A DNA stretch of 58,226 nt from Actinobacteria bacterium UBA959 (GTDB lineage: Bacteria > Actinomycetota > Actinomycetes > S36-B12 > UBA5976): assembly GCA_002293025.1 (NCBI GenBank), contig DBCL01000012.1, forward strand, positions 20,036 through 78,261, written 5' to 3'. Shown in pieces: positions 10,102-21,046 of this stretch. Under the pieces are notes generated by a model. That model was not told the origin of the DNA and did no database searches. It saw only the letters and a program-made list of their open reading frames with translations. Numbering within the stretch: position 1 is the first letter of the stretch; every line of letters starts with the position of its first letter. Both the position numbers and the translations under genes were made by a program.

Positions 10102-12473
10102 ATTGCGCCACCATCAGATACTGAGACTTCTGCACCGATATCAATTTGTAACTGCATAGCCACCGAACTGCCTTCACTATTTAATGGCAGCCAAATAGTT
10201 TCTGGGGCCACTTCAGAAATTTCCAGTGGCAAAGTTATTGCTCCTAATTTGGATCGAACAATTACTCTATTTCCGCTGATCAATCCGTTTGCTTGGGCAG
10301 TTTCTGAGCTGACTTTGGCAACAACTGCTCTTGCAGTTGCTGCAAGATGAGGTTCGCCAGCCTGCAAACTGCCGTTATCTAACAAATGATGCCAGCCAGC
10401 TAGAACCAAACCGGTTTTAGTAGTAGATGCAGCAACTAAATTCATCGTGCCTGGTTTTGATACTGCACCTAATGATGAATATGAACTTCTAAGCGAAGTC
10501 ACCTTGGCGTCATCTTTAAATGTGTGACCAAGCTCAATTGCGATTAAATGCAAAACTCGAGCATCAGTCAAAGCCAGAGACTCTTGCATGACCGCATCAA
10601 AAGTTCTAAGTCTGCCTTCCCAATCAACAAAAGTTCCTGCACGCTCGGTTATGGCTCCTACCGGCAGCACCACGTCCGCGAATTCGATTACTGAACTTGC
10701 TCGATTTTCGAGCGAGACTACGAATGTTTTGTTGAGTGCAGCTGCAAAAGCAGCATGGTTGGCAACATCATTTATGTCCACTCCAGCAGTAACAATTGCA
10801 TCAATTTCTCCTTGAACTGCACTGGAGATAATTTCTAATTGCGTTAGGCCCGGCTTTGTAGGTATGTGCTCGACAGAAACTCCCCATGCAGAAGCAACTA
10901 CCTCACGATCTCGTGGTTCAAAAACTTTGCGCCCTGCTGGAAGTAGGTTTGGAAGCAAGCCTGCGTCAACAGCTGCCCGCTCCCCGGCACGCCTTGGAAC
11001 CCAGCCAATCCGTGCCCCAACTTTCTCAGCAACGGCTACGGTTGCTGAGAAAGCACCATGACTGCTAGCTAATCTTTCTCCTACCAAAATTATGGAGTTT
11101 TGATCCTGCAAGTCTTTTATTAATTCACTAATTGCGGCACTTTCGTTGCCTGGCTTAGTTAAGCGTAGGTCAGCATTTAGTTTCTTGAACCCAAGGCTGT
11201 TAGCTGAATCAATTGCAATAACTTTCAAAGTTTTATTCCGAACTGCTTTGCGCAAGCGAAGCATGATAATTGGAGATTCTTCTTCAGGTTCAAAGCCGAT
11301 CACCACTACAACTTGTGCATCTTCTAGGTCTTGGTAAGTCACACCCAAACCTGTACCAGCTACATGATTAGTTAAGAAATCCTGTTCCTCAGAGCTAGCA
11401 GTTCTATTCCTGAAGTCAACATTATTGGTACCAAGTGCAACCCTGGCAAATCTTGAATATGCGTACGCATCTTCAAGCGTCAAACGACCACCAGCGAGAA
11501 CTGCTGCACGTTGATTTCTCAATCCTTCTGCTGCGTATCTAATTGCCTCTGGCCAAGACGCTGGTCGTAACTCACCATGCTCTCGCACTAACGGGGTAGT
11601 TATTCGATCTTGCATTAAGTGTCTAAAGGCAAACCTACCTTTGTCACAATTCCATTCTTCATTAACTTCAGAATCATCACCAGCTAGGCGCCTTAACACT
11701 TTCCCTCTTCGCGAATCTGTCCTAAGTGAGCAACCACTTGCACAGTGTTCACATACAGATTCACTGGAAACTAGATCAAATGGTCTCGCTCGAAAACGAT
11801 ATGCAGCACTAGTAAGCGCTCCTACTGGACAGATTTGAACAGTATTGCCAGAGTAGTAAGACTCAAATGGTTGATCATCTGCAACGCCAACCTGTTGCTT
11901 CGCGCCACGCTCTAATAACTCAAGTGAAGGATCGCCAGCAATTTCATCTGCAAATCTTGTGCAGCGAGCACACGAAACACAACGTTCTCGATCAAGTAGA
12001 ACTTGAGCATTAATATTTATAGCTTTTTGAAAATTGCGTTTAGTGCCTTCAAATCTAGAGTCTGCCCGACCATTGCTCATTGCTTGATTTTGTAATGGGC
12101 ACTCCCCACCTTTATCGCAAGTTGGGCAGTCAAGTGGATGATTAAGTAGCAGGAACTCCATCACACCTTCTTGTGCTGATGAGGCTACTTGAGAAGAGTT
12201 CTGTGTTTTAACCTGCATACCTTCAGTCAAGGTGATTGCACAAGATGGTTGTGGCTTTGGCATACCTTCAATCTCAACTAAACACATGCGACATGCGGCA
12301 ACAGGCGATAAGGCTGGATGATCACAGAAGCGAGGAATTTCAATTCCAAGCATTTCTGCTGCTCTAATTGCCAAAGTTCCTTTAGGAACTCTAACCGCAA
12401 TACCGTCAATAACTGCAGTGATTAGGTCGTTGTCATTGCTCTTTGGTTGATTTGAGTTTGCCAGAATTGTCAT
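10098..12473 (-). CDS. nuoG: NADH-quinone oxidoreductase subunit G
   Basis: N-terminal 2Fe-2S and 4Fe-4S Cys clusters ([27 protein letters not shown]) followed by a molybdopterin-like domain. Confidence 0.95.
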   Translation of the reverse strand: MTILANSNQPKSNDNDLITAVIDGIAVRVPKGTLAIRAAEMLGIEIPRFCDHPALSPVAACRMCLVEIEGMPKPQPSCAITLTEGMQVKTQNSSQVASSAQEGVMEFLLLNHPLDCPTCDKGGECPLQNQAMSNGRADSRFEGTKRNFQKAININAQVLLDRERCVSCARCTRFADEIAGDPSLELLERGAKQQVGVADDQPFESYYSGNTVQICPVGALTSAAYRFRARPFDLVSSESVCEHCASGCSLRTDSRRGKVLRRLAGDDSEVNEEWNCDKGRFAFRHLMQDRITTPLVREHGELRPASWPEAIRYAAEGLRNQRAAVLAGGRLTLEDAYAYSRFARVALGTNNVDFRNRTASSEEQDFLTNHVAGTGLGVTYQDLEDAQVVVVIGFEPEEESPIIMLRLRKAVRNKTLKVIAIDSANSLGFKKLNADLRLTKPGNESAAISELIKDLQDQNSIILVGERLASSHGAFSATVAVAEKVGARIGWVPRRAGERAAVDAGLLPNLLPAGRKVFEPRDREVVASAWGVSVEHIPTKPGLTQLEIISSAVQGEIDAIVTAGVDINDVANHAAFAAALNKTFVVSLENRASSVIEFADVVLPVGAITERAGTFVDWEGRLRTFDAVMQESLALTDARVLHLIAIELGHTFKDDAKVTSLRSSYSSLGAVSKPGTMNLVAASTTKTGLVLAGWHHLLDNGSLQAGEPHLAATARAVVAKVSSETAQANGLISGNRVIVRSKLGAITLPLEISEVAPETIWLPLNSEGSSVAMQLQIDIGAEVSVSDGGAI

Positions 12474-13738
12474 GCTTGAGCTCCAGCCATCTTGATTACT
12501 TCTTCGAATTCCTCTTTAAAATACTTCAGTGCTGCTGGGAATGGAGTGGCCGCAGCATCACCAAGCGCACAGAAACTTCGTCCTGAAATCTGAGCAGAGA
12601 TATCAACCAACAAATCCATATCTGATAACTGTGCTTTACCTTTTTCCATCCTCTTAAGAATGTCGACCATCCAATAGGTGCCTTCACGACAAGGCGTGCA
12701 CTTTCCGCAAGACTCATGCTTATAGAACTCAATCCACCTAATTACAGCTTTAACCACACTAGTTGAAGTGTCGAACACCATAGGAGTTCCAGTTCCTAGC
12801 ATTGTGCCAGCCGCAGCCATATCTTCATAAGTCAGTGGAATATCTAAATGATCAGCAGTGAGCATTGGTACCGATGAACCGCCAGGAATCCAAAACTTAA
12901 GAGGTAGGTCTGATTTCATGCCGCCTGCGTAAGTGATTAACTCCCGCATAGTTATTCCTAGCGGAGCCTCATAGATTCCAGGACGCTTTACGTGACCAGA
13001 TACAGCAAATAATTTTATTCCTGGTGACTTTTCAGTTCCATAGCTCTTGTACCAATCAGCTCCATTGTTGATAATGGCAGGAACAGAAGCAATCGTCTCT
13101 GCATTGTTAATAACAGTTGGAGATGCATACAAACCAGCTACAGCCGGGAATGGCGGTTTAAGTCTTGGTTGCCCTCTTCTGCCTTCCAAAGAATCCAACA
13201 AGGCAGTCTCTTCACCGCAGATATATGCGCCAGCGCCTGAATGCACAACTACATCAAGATCAAATCCTGAACCTTGAATATTTTTGCCCAGTAATCCTGC
13301 TTGGTAAGCAGCAGCTACGGCAGCGCGCACTCGACGAATTGGATGTGGTGTTTCACCACGAATATAAATAAATGCATGATTCGCTCTGATCGCAAATGAA
13401 GAGATGATCACACCTTCGACAAGTGAGTGTGGGTTTGCAATCATTAACGGAATGTCCTTGCATGCGCCTGGCTCTGACTCATCGGCATTAACTACTAAAT
13501 AATGTGGCTTTCCATCATTTTGTGGAACAAATCCCCATTTCATGCCAGTTGGAAAACCAGCACCACCACGGCCACGCAAGCCTGAATCTTTAACAATTTG
13601 GATCACACCATCTGCGCCAGCAGTAAATGCTTTCTTTAATGCAGAGTAACCGCCATGTCTTTGATACCCAGTTAGCGTGTGGCTATCTGCATCATCCCAG
13701 TGCAAAGTTAAATTTGGAACTAATGGTGTAGTCATCAC
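12470..13738 (-). CDS. nuoF: NADH-quinone oxidoreductase subunit F
   Basis: FMN/NADH site GRGGAGFPTGMKW and 4Fe-4S motif ESCGKCTPCREG. Confidence 0.95.
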   Translation of the reverse strand: MMTTPLVPNLTLHWDDADSHTLTGYQRHGGYSALKKAFTAGADGVIQIVKDSGLRGRGGAGFPTGMKWGFVPQNDGKPHYLVVNADESEPGACKDIPLMIANPHSLVEGVIISSFAIRANHAFIYIRGETPHPIRRVRAAVAAAYQAGLLGKNIQGSGFDLDVVVHSGAGAYICGEETALLDSLEGRRGQPRLKPPFPAVAGLYASPTVINNAETIASVPAIINNGADWYKSYGTEKSPGIKLFAVSGHVKRPGIYEAPLGITMRELITYAGGMKSDLPLKFWIPGGSSVPMLTADHLDIPLTYEDMAAAGTMLGTGTPMVFDTSTSVVKAVIRWIEFYKHESCGKCTPCREGTYWMVDILKRMEKGKAQLSDMDLLVDISAQISGRSFCALGDAAATPFPAALKYFKEEFEEVIKMAGAQA

Positions 13739-14367
13739 TTGCCACCTTTAGTTGAATTCTTAAATTCATTCAATCCCGCAAGCATTGATGCATCAATGCT
13801 TGGCTCATCTACTAATCCATCATCGAAGCCCGCAATGGTGCGTTGAACATCTTTGAAAGTTCTAACCTTTGCGCCACGTGTGGCTTGCAGATCCTTGCCA
13901 GCCCGAAGATCACTAACTACCTGGGCAGCTTTTTGTTCAGTCATATCATCCATAAATTCCCAATTAACAGTCATGACTGGAGCATGAGTGCAAGCCGCCT
14001 GACACTCAATCCGCTCTAAGGTGAACATTGAATCTGCGGTGGTTTCGTCATGCCCAGCATCTAATTCTTTACTCAAAGTTCTCCAAATATTGTCTCCACC
14101 TAATAGCGCACACATCGAGTTAGTGCAGACACCAATATGGTGCTTACCTACAGGGTAGCGCTTAAACATTGTGTAAAAAGAAGCTACAGCAGAAACTTCT
14201 GCTGTTGATAATCCAACTTCTACAGCACAAACTTCAATGCCTTCCTGCGATACATACCCTTCAACTGACTGGACAAGATGCAACATAGGTAGCAAAGCTG
14301 AACGAGATTGAGGATATCTCGACATGAGTTCTCTTAATTCTATTTTTGTTTGCTCAGAGATTGTCAT
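13735..14367 (-). CDS. nuoE: NADH-quinone oxidoreductase subunit E
   Basis: Thioredoxin-like 2Fe-2S cysteines (CTNSMCALLGG ... ECQAACTHAP). Confidence 0.9.
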   Translation of the reverse strand: MTISEQTKIELRELMSRYPQSRSALLPMLHLVQSVEGYVSQEGIEVCAVEVGLSTAEVSAVASFYTMFKRYPVGKHHIGVCTNSMCALLGGDNIWRTLSKELDAGHDETTADSMFTLERIECQAACTHAPVMTVNWEFMDDMTEQKAAQVVSDLRAGKDLQATRGAKVRTFKDVQRTIAGFDDGLVDEPSIDASMLAGLNEFKNSTKGGK

Positions 14368-15707
14368 CAGCGATCAACACCACCCATTACTGGATCAATG
14401 CTGGCAACAGCCGCAACTACATCCGCAATCTGGCCGCCCTCAGAAATTGCTGGGATTGCTTGTAAGTTTGTAAACGATGGATCTCGGAAATGAACTCGAT
14501 AAGGTCTTGTGCCGCCATCGCTAACAATGTGCACCCCAAGCTCTCCACGAGGAGACTCAATTGCTTGATATACCTGACCTGCTGGAACCTCAAATCCTTC
14601 AGTAACTAACTTGAAGTGATGAATCAAAGATTCCATTGAAGTACCCATAATTTGCTTGATGTGCTCGAGTGAATTACCCATGCCATCACCACCAACTGCT
14701 AATTGAGCAGGCCAAGCGATCTTCTTGTCTGCCACCATTACCGGTCCAGGCTTAAGGCGATCAAGTGCTTGCTCCACAATTCTGAGAGACTGCTCCATCT
14801 CGGCCAATCTAATTAAGAATCGACCATAGGTGTCTGCTGTATCAACTGTTGGTACTTCAAAATCATATGTTTCATACCCACAATAAGGATTTGTCTTCCT
14901 TAGATCCCATCCAAAACCAGTTGATCTCAATGTTGGGCCAGTAATTCCAAGCGCTAGACACCCAGTTAGATCTAAAGCCCCAACATCTTTAGTGCGAGCC
15001 ATCCAGATGCTGTTACCAACTAATAAATTGTGTGTGTCTTTGAATCCTTTTCGAATTCTCGGAATTGCTTCCCTTATTTTCTCAATAGCATCTTCTGGTA
15101 AGTCTTGAGCTAAACCTCCGGGGCGGATATAAGCATGATTCATTCTTAATCCAGTAATGGATTCATACAAATCTAAAACTATTTCACGTTCACGGAAGGC
15201 AAAAAACATAGCTGTCAATGCACCAAGTTCTAGTCCACCTGTCCCAAGGGCCACTAGATGTGAAGAGATGCGATTCAATTCCATCAACATCACGCGAATT
15301 GTGGTTGCTCGCTCCGGAATTTGATCAGTTATGCCGAGTAATTTCTCTACAGCCAAACAATAGGCAGTTTCGTTATAGAAGGAAGCCAAGTAATCCATTC
15401 GAGTTACAAAAGTAACCCCTTGAGTCCATGTTCGATACTCCATGTTTTTTTCAATACCGGTATGTAAATATCCAATAACGGCTCTGGCTTCCGTAATTGT
15501 TTCACCCTCAAGCTCCAAGATGATTCGAAGAACGCCGTGCGTGGATGGGTGCTGAGGTCCCATATTCACAACTATTCGTTCACTCTCACCTGGTGCTGCA
15601 CCCTTTACTTGATCCCAGTCACCACCAGACAATGTGTAAACACGGCCCTCAGTGGTGTTAGTGCCTTCACTGGCAACAGATTCAAAAGTTATATTGTCGG
15701 TACTCAT
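14367..15707 (-). CDS. nuoD: NADH-quinone oxidoreductase subunit D
   Basis: The [14 protein letters not shown] signature and a 446-aa length. It is separate from nuoC. Confidence 0.95.
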   Translation of the reverse strand: MSTDNITFESVASEGTNTTEGRVYTLSGGDWDQVKGAAPGESERIVVNMGPQHPSTHGVLRIILELEGETITEARAVIGYLHTGIEKNMEYRTWTQGVTFVTRMDYLASFYNETAYCLAVEKLLGITDQIPERATTIRVMLMELNRISSHLVALGTGGLELGALTAMFFAFREREIVLDLYESITGLRMNHAYIRPGGLAQDLPEDAIEKIREAIPRIRKGFKDTHNLLVGNSIWMARTKDVGALDLTGCLALGITGPTLRSTGFGWDLRKTNPYCGYETYDFEVPTVDTADTYGRFLIRLAEMEQSLRIVEQALDRLKPGPVMVADKKIAWPAQLAVGGDGMGNSLEHIKQIMGTSMESLIHHFKLVTEGFEVPAGQVYQAIESPRGELGVHIVSDGGTRPYRVHFRDPSFTNLQAIPAISEGGQIADVVAAVASIDPVMGGVDR

Positions 15708-16411
15708 CGGCTATACATTCTTCTTTGATCTGGTGCTGGGATGGTTGCACCTTTGTATTCAACTGGGACGCCACCTAATGGATAATCTTTTCGCTGCGGA
15801 TGCCCTACCCAGTCGTCTGGCATTTCAATTCTGGTTAACCCTGGGTGTCCATCAAAAATAATCCCAAAGAAATCATAAGTTTCGCGCTCATGCCAATTAT
15901 TTGTTGGGTAAGTATCTACTGTTGAAGGAATGTGCGGATCAGAGTCTGGTGCAGTTACCTCAACACGGATTTGTCTATTGTGAGTCATCGATCTGATGTG
16001 ATAAACAGCATGTAATTCACTATCAACTTGATTTGGATAGTGCACACCGTTAACACCCATACTCATTTCAAAACGAAGTGCTGGTTCGTCTCGCAGAGTT
16101 CGCATCACTTTAGATAAATGTTCTCGTTGAATAAAAATAGTTAACTCATCAAATGCAACAACTAGTCTTTCTATTGCTGCATCAGGGTTAATCTCTTGTT
16201 TTTGTAGTGCAATCTCTAGTGAGGCGACAACATCTTCAAACCAACCAGAAAGTGGTCGCATTGCTGCAGCTGGTAACTCAATCCTTCTTACTAGCCCGCC
16301 AAATCCTGAAGTGTCTCCTGTGCCTCTAACCCCAAATGATCCTGCACGAACATCTACTAGCGGGATCTCTTTGCCGCCACTGGGAACACTTAGATTCATC
16401 TGGTCACTCAT
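15704..16411 (-). CDS. nuoC: NADH-quinone oxidoreductase subunit C
   Basis: 235-aa 30-kDa-subunit-like protein ([16 protein letters not shown]) between nuoB and nuoD. Confidence 0.9.
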   Translation of the reverse strand: MSDQMNLSVPSGGKEIPLVDVRAGSFGVRGTGDTSGFGGLVRRIELPAAAMRPLSGWFEDVVASLEIALQKQEINPDAAIERLVVAFDELTIFIQREHLSKVMRTLRDEPALRFEMSMGVNGVHYPNQVDSELHAVYHIRSMTHNRQIRVEVTAPDSDPHIPSTVDTYPTNNWHERETYDFFGIIFDGHPGLTRIEMPDDWVGHPQRKDYPLGGVPVEYKGATIPAPDQRRMYSR

Positions 16412-16962
16412 TTAAGTGCACCACGCATCTCAATCAGCGGGGTTGTCGCCAAGGCAACTACTTCTTGCTGGGCAATCTCAGCTACGCGATGTGCTCCAAG
16501 TTTGGTGTTTTGGATTTGATCATGAAGTTTCAAAATTGCGTCTAACAGCATTTCTGGGCGCGGTGGACAACCCGGTAAGTAAATATCTACTGGCACAACA
16601 TGATCAACGCCTTGCACAATTGCATAGTTATTGAACATACCTCCACTGGATGCGCATACTCCCATAGCAATTACCCACTTTGGACCTGGCATCTGATCAT
16701 AAATTTGCCGCAACACTGGAGCCATCTTTTGACTTACTCGACCAGCAACAATCATTAGATCTGCTTGCCGTGGGGACGCGCGGAAGGTTTCCATACCAAA
16801 TCTGGCAATATCAAATTTTCCTGCACCGACTGCCATCATCTCAATAGCACAACAAGCTAATCCAAAAGTTGCAGGCCAAAGTGAGTTGCGTCTGGCATAA
16901 CCAACTATTTGTTCAACGCTGGTTAGCAATACACCTGCGGGTAACTTTTCTTCAATACCCAT
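16408..16962 (-). CDS. nuoB: NADH-quinone oxidoreductase subunit B
   Basis: N2-cluster motifs [10 protein letters not shown] and GCPPRPE. Confidence 0.95.
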   Translation of the reverse strand: MGIEEKLPAGVLLTSVEQIVGYARRNSLWPATFGLACCAIEMMAVGAGKFDIARFGMETFRASPRQADLMIVAGRVSQKMAPVLRQIYDQMPGPKWVIAMGVCASSGGMFNNYAIVQGVDHVVPVDIYLPGCPPRPEMLLDAILKLHDQIQNTKLGAHRVAEIAQQEVVALATTPLIEMRGALK

Positions 16963-17322
16963 TTAGTCCCATTCCAATCCGCCACGGCGCCAAACATATG
17001 CATAAGCAACTAAAACCGTTATTAGAAATAGCCCCATCTCAACCACACCAAACAATCCAAGGGCATCGTAGTTAACTGCCCATGGGTATAAGAAAACCAT
17101 TTCGATATCAAAAATAATAAAAAGCATCGCGGTCAAGTAATACCTGACTGGGAATTTACCGCCACCCATTGGTTGAGGTGTGGCTTCAATTCCACATTCA
17201 TAAGCATCAAGTCGTGCACGGTTGTATCGCTTTGGACCAGTGACACTTGAGATCACGACTGAGAACGCGCCGAACCCGAATGCGAGAAGTCCTAGACCGA
17301 CTATCGGCCAGGCTAAATCCAC
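16963..17322 (-). CDS. nuoA: NADH-quinone oxidoreductase subunit A
   Basis: The track ORF extends to 17418. A strong SD (GAGGGGGA) sits 3 nt upstream of GTG at 17322, giving a canonical 119-aa 3-TM NuoA (VDLAWPIVGLGLLAF...). Confidence 0.85.
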   Translation of the reverse strand: MDLAWPIVGLGLLAFGFGAFSVVISSVTGPKRYNRARLDAYECGIEATPQPMGGGKFPVRYYLTAMLFIIFDIEMVFLYPWAVNYDALGLFGVVEMGLFLITVLVAYAYVWRRGGLEWD

Positions 17323-17403
17323 AAATCCCCCTCGAAGAATGCAACAGCAGTTTTCTAGTAGTAATCCTAGAGGGGTCGATGAATCCTGTTGGGCCCGAAT
17401 AAA

Positions 17404-17419
17404 TGTGTTCGAGGCCACA
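17404..17419. promoter_or_regulatory. Candidate Rex operator (TGTG-N8-CACA) upstream of nuoA
   Basis: TGTGTTCGAGGCCACA lies in the 107-nt menG-nuoA spacer. Only the outer 4+4 positions and the spacing match the Streptomyces ROP consensus TTGTGAA-N4-TTCACAA. Confidence 0.25.
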
Positions 17420-17429
17420 TCAAAATCAA

Positions 17430-18128
17430 TTAAATCTTGGTGCCCCTATGGATGGCCACAATGCCACCGGTTAGGGATCTCCAAGCTACCTTTCCCCAGC
17501 CACAACGCTGAAGCCAGGAGGCCAGAGCAGGCTGATTCGGCCAGTCCAAGATGGAATCTGCGAGGTATTTGTAAGCCACTGCATTACTAGAGAAACGACT
17601 GGCAACCATGGGAACCGCTCTGATCAGGTATTTCTGGTAGAGCCTCCGGAAAAGAGCGTTCTCAGGGGTCGAGAACTCACAAATGACCAATTTTCCACCT
17701 GGCTTGGTAACGCGCAGCATCTCAGCCAAGGCTAGATCTGGGTTCTGCACATTACGTATACCAAACGAGATCGTCACTGCATCAAAACTGGAATCTTGAA
17801 ATGGCAGCGCAGTTGCATCCCCGGCTACAAACTGAATTTCTGGATAACGCCTGCGCCCCTCTTGCAACATACCTAATGAAAGGTCGCAGGCAATAGTCTT
17901 TGCTCCAGCAGCCTCAATTGCGGCCGCTGAAGTTCCAGTGCCAGCAGCTAGATCTAAAACTAATTGTCCAGGTTCGGGGCTCAAAGCCCGAACTGTTTCT
18001 TTACGCCAATAACGAGTTTGTCCAAAAGAAAGTAGATCGTTCATTAAGTCATAGCGGCTAGCCACGGTGTCGAACATGGCTTGAACTTGCTGGGGCACCT
18101 TATTTAAGTCGGCTCGAACATTTTCCAT
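17430..18128 (-). CDS. menG: Demethylmenaquinone methyltransferase
   Basis: UbiE/MenG N-terminus MFDTVASRYDLMNDLLSFGQTRYWR and SAM motif VLDLAAGTGTS. The start is taken at MENVRADL (ATG 18128), because the 22-aa upstream extension in the track looks spurious. Confidence 0.85.
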   Translation of the reverse strand: MENVRADLNKVPQQVQAMFDTVASRYDLMNDLLSFGQTRYWRKETVRALSPEPGQLVLDLAAGTGTSAAAIEAAGAKTIACDLSLGMLQEGRRRYPEIQFVAGDATALPFQDSSFDAVTISFGIRNVQNPDLALAEMLRVTKPGGKLVICEFSTPENALFRRLYQKYLIRAVPMVASRFSSNAVAYKYLADSILDWPNQPALASWLQRCGWGKVAWRSLTGGIVAIHRGTKI

Positions 18129-18192
18129 ATGCCTATTCTGCTGCACAACTGCGAATGTGCGCACGGGAAGGTCAGGTAATAGGCTCAAGCAC

Positions 18193-19461
18193 ATGAGTAG
18201 TGCTACTGCCGTAGAGGAAACACTTCCAAAACTGCATTTCCAAACAACCGAGATTGCTGATCCAGGCGATCTAATCTCATTACTGCCAAAACCAAATGAC
18301 CGTCAACCAATTGCAGTTTGGATTAGAAATAACACTGGCATGATTGCTTTGGGTTCAGCAGCTAGATTTGAAGTTATCGGTCAAGAACGTTTTTCAAGGG
18401 CGCATCGTTGGTGGAGAGAGATATTACAAAATTCAACAATCGATGATCAGGTGAGAGTAACTGGAACTGGTGCATTTGCATTTGCATCGTTTGGCTTTCG
18501 AGCACAACCAACAGCGAGTGTTTTAATCGTTCCTGAAGTAATCATCGGTAAAACAGATAACAAAATTTGGATCACAACCACAAACGGACAAGATCCAGAA
18601 GAAGTTATTTCTAGATTAAAACTGCCACAGATTGCCCCACTAGCTCCATCCAATGTTGAAATTCAAGAAGGCACAATCCCAGAGAATGCTTGGAGAACTG
18701 TAGTTGAGTCTGCTTTGACAAGAATTGAAAGTGGAGATCTAGATAAAGTAGTTCTAGCCAGAGATCTAATCATAGATACATCAACTGAGATTGATGTTCG
18801 ATACATACTGCGCCAACTTTCTCGAACCTTCGATGATTGCTGGACTTATTATGTTGATGGTTTAGTTGGAGCAACACCTGAAATGCTGGTAAGAAAGCGC
18901 GGTGTAAATGTTATTTCTCGAGTGCTTGCTGGAACTATCGCACAGTCTCGTGATCAAGAACAAAATGCACAACTGCAAGCCAAATTATTAGCTAGTGATA
19001 AAGACCAACAAGAGCATGACTATGCAGTTGAATCTGTTGCTGCTGCGCTAGCTTTGCACTGCACCGATCTGAATATTCCTAATGCACCAACAATTCTTAG
19101 GCTAGCTAACGTTGCACACTTATCAACTGAGATAACAGCTGTTGTTGCTGATGATTCACCAGCTTTATTGTTGGCTGGCTCATTACATCCAACTGCAGCT
19201 GTGTGTGGCACACCAACAGAACGTGCTCGAAACCTTATTGCTGAAATAGAAGGAATGGATCGAGGTCGCTACGCAGGGCCAGTTGGTTGGATAGATGGAA
19301 AGGGTGATGGAGACCTAGGCTTAGCAATTAGATGCGCCCAGGTGTCTGGAAAAACGCTTAGATTGTTTGCAGGTTGTGGTGTTGTCGCTGGCTCAACTGC
19401 TGAATTAGAACTTGCAGAATCAGAATCAAAATTTAAGGCAATTCTTAACGCATTGATTTAG
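18193..19461 (+). CDS. menF: Isochorismate synthase
   Basis: Chorismate-binding C-terminal domain (GRYAGPVGWIDGKGDGDLGLAIRCA) in men-cluster context. ATG 18193 is preferred over GTG 18157. Confidence 0.85.
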   Translation: MSSATAVEETLPKLHFQTTEIADPGDLISLLPKPNDRQPIAVWIRNNTGMIALGSAARFEVIGQERFSRAHRWWREILQNSTIDDQVRVTGTGAFAFASFGFRAQPTASVLIVPEVIIGKTDNKIWITTTNGQDPEEVISRLKLPQIAPLAPSNVEIQEGTIPENAWRTVVESALTRIESGDLDKVVLARDLIIDTSTEIDVRYILRQLSRTFDDCWTYYVDGLVGATPEMLVRKRGVNVISRVLAGTIAQSRDQEQNAQLQAKLLASDKDQQEHDYAVESVAAALALHCTDLNIPNAPTILRLANVAHLSTEITAVVADDSPALLLAGSLHPTAAVCGTPTERARNLIAEIEGMDRGRYAGPVGWIDGKGDGDLGLAIRCAQVSGKTLRLFAGCGVVAGSTAELELAESESKFKAILNALI

Positions 19462-21046
19462 CAGCGGCAACTAGTTCTGCTCTAAGTTTTGCTTCAACTG
19501 CTCGGTCCAATCCTTCGATGACGGCTGCTGAAATCAATGCGGGTGTTTGTAAAACAAGTTCTAATTCTGACTTGTTCTTAATAACTGTCGTTTTTATACC
19601 CAGTGCTTGTAAAACTTCAGCTATAACTAAATCGTGAGGTGTACCAAACACCTGCTCAAAGCCCGCAACTCCGTTTTGTTCGATGGTAGAGAAGACGCCA
19701 CCACCATTATTACTGCTAACAATGAGCCTTAATTGTGGGACAACATCTGTGCTTGGTATCACTAAGGACGATAAATCATGAACTAGAGCTATATCTCCAA
19801 GTAATGCATAGCTTTGATGTTGTGCGGATTGATTCCAAATAGATGCTGCTCCAAGTGAGCTTGAGATGATTCCATCAATTCCATTCACTCCTCGGTTTGC
19901 AGTGATTGATCCTGCAACACATCCATGAAGCGTGTAATCAAAGTCTCGCAGACTTAGACTCGCAGCTAAATGGATTTGATCGTTTTGAGTTAAGGAATTA
20001 TTAAGGAGGTTAGTTACATGCAATGCGCTCAATGGAGCGTTTGTGAGTGTGTCTTGGACTAATCTTGAAACTTTCTGTCCTTGATTAAGCCATTTATCAA
20101 GCCAATTTGAATCAAACTGCTCTAGGTCAGTTAACTCGAGTTCGCCAGTAGAGTGCAAAATTGCTGCCGGGTTGGAAATTCGAGTTGGCAGATTTACAGA
20201 AACTACCTTTTTGCTCGACAATAACTGATTTATACCTCTAGACAGTCCAGCCCTACCAGTTGTGACCACAACTTCAACTTCTTGAGCCATGCTCAATATG
20301 GTTAACGGTGCATGTGCAATCAGATTTGGGCTTACACACATTGAACTTGGCTCAGCAAAAATTGGCCAATTTAATTTAGCAGCTATCTTGGCTGCCTGGC
20401 CACTATCTCCATGGCCAGCAATAACAACACCTTTTTTACCATTCAAAATAGATCCTGCTACCAATTTGTTTGCTGGCTGCAAAGGCACTCTAAATTTCTT
20501 TAGCTGAGGCTTCCAACTGTTTGTTGGAAGCAGCGGTTCTTTGAATCGAGCATTCAAATGAATTGGTCCGTAAACACCATCTGCTAAGAATTTGGTTAGC
20601 GATGTTTGCCAACTTGGGGCATCTTGTTCAGAATCTAGGTCAAGAACTCGTTTAGTAGCGGCTGCAAAGAAATTAAGTTGTTCAACAGTTTGATTTGCAC
20701 CGGTATTAACTAATTTAACAGGCCGATCTGCTGTTATCGCAATTAGTGGTGAATCATTTTCCGCAGCTTCAATCATCGCTGGTAATAAATGAGCACCAGC
20801 TGTTCCGCTAGTTACCACGACTGCCACTGGCTGCTTGGTTAACAAGGCAATTCCTAAAGCAAAAAATCCTGCTGAGCGCTCGTCGACTCGAGTATGAACT
20901 CTTAGTTGACCTGAATCTTGGGCATCTAGAGCAGCCAATGAGATGGGGCCATTTCTAGAACCAGGAGCAATAACTAGATCAGTTAGCCCATTAGCAATCA
21001 ATTGAGTTAGTAACGATCTCGCAGTGTCTGTTGCTGTCATGATCAC
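19445..21046 (-). CDS. menD: SEPHCHC synthase (2-succinyl-5-enolpyruvyl-6-hydroxy-3-cyclohexene-1-carboxylate synthase)
   Basis: 533-aa ThDP-enzyme architecture (APGSRNGP near the N-terminus, GDIALVHDLSSL ThDP-binding region), upstream of menC. Confidence 0.85.
   Translation of the reverse strand: MIMTATDTARSLLTQLIANGLTDLVIAPGSRNGPISLAALDAQDSGQLRVHTRVDERSAGFFALGIALLTKQPVAVVVTSGTAGAHLLPAMIEAAENDSPLIAITADRPVKLVNTGANQTVEQLNFFAAATKRVLDLDSEQDAPSWQTSLTKFLADGVYGPIHLNARFKEPLLPTNSWKPQLKKFRVPLQPANKLVAGSILNGKKGVVIAGHGDSGQAAKIAAKLNWPIFAEPSSMCVSPNLIAHAPLTILSMAQEVEVVVTTGRAGLSRGINQLLSSKKVVSVNLPTRISNPAAILHSTGELELTDLEQFDSNWLDKWLNQGQKVSRLVQDTLTNAPLSALHVTNLLNNSLTQNDQIHLAASLSLRDFDYTLHGCVAGSITANRGVNGIDGIISSSLGAASIWNQSAQHQSYALLGDIALVHDLSSLVIPSTDVVPQLRLIVSSNNGGGVFSTIEQNGVAGFEQVFGTPHDLVIAEVLQALGIKTTVIKNKSELELVLQTPALISAAVIEGLDRAVEAKLRAELVAAAKSMR

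Noticed and set aside
17222-17590. A 122-aa plus-strand ORF spanning the nuoA/menG junction, and the 32-codon N-terminal extension of nuoA (17323-17418).
   Set aside because: The plus ORF is antisense to two real genes. The nuoA extension lacks an SD, whereas GTG 17322 has GAGGGGGA just upstream and gives a canonical-length NuoA.
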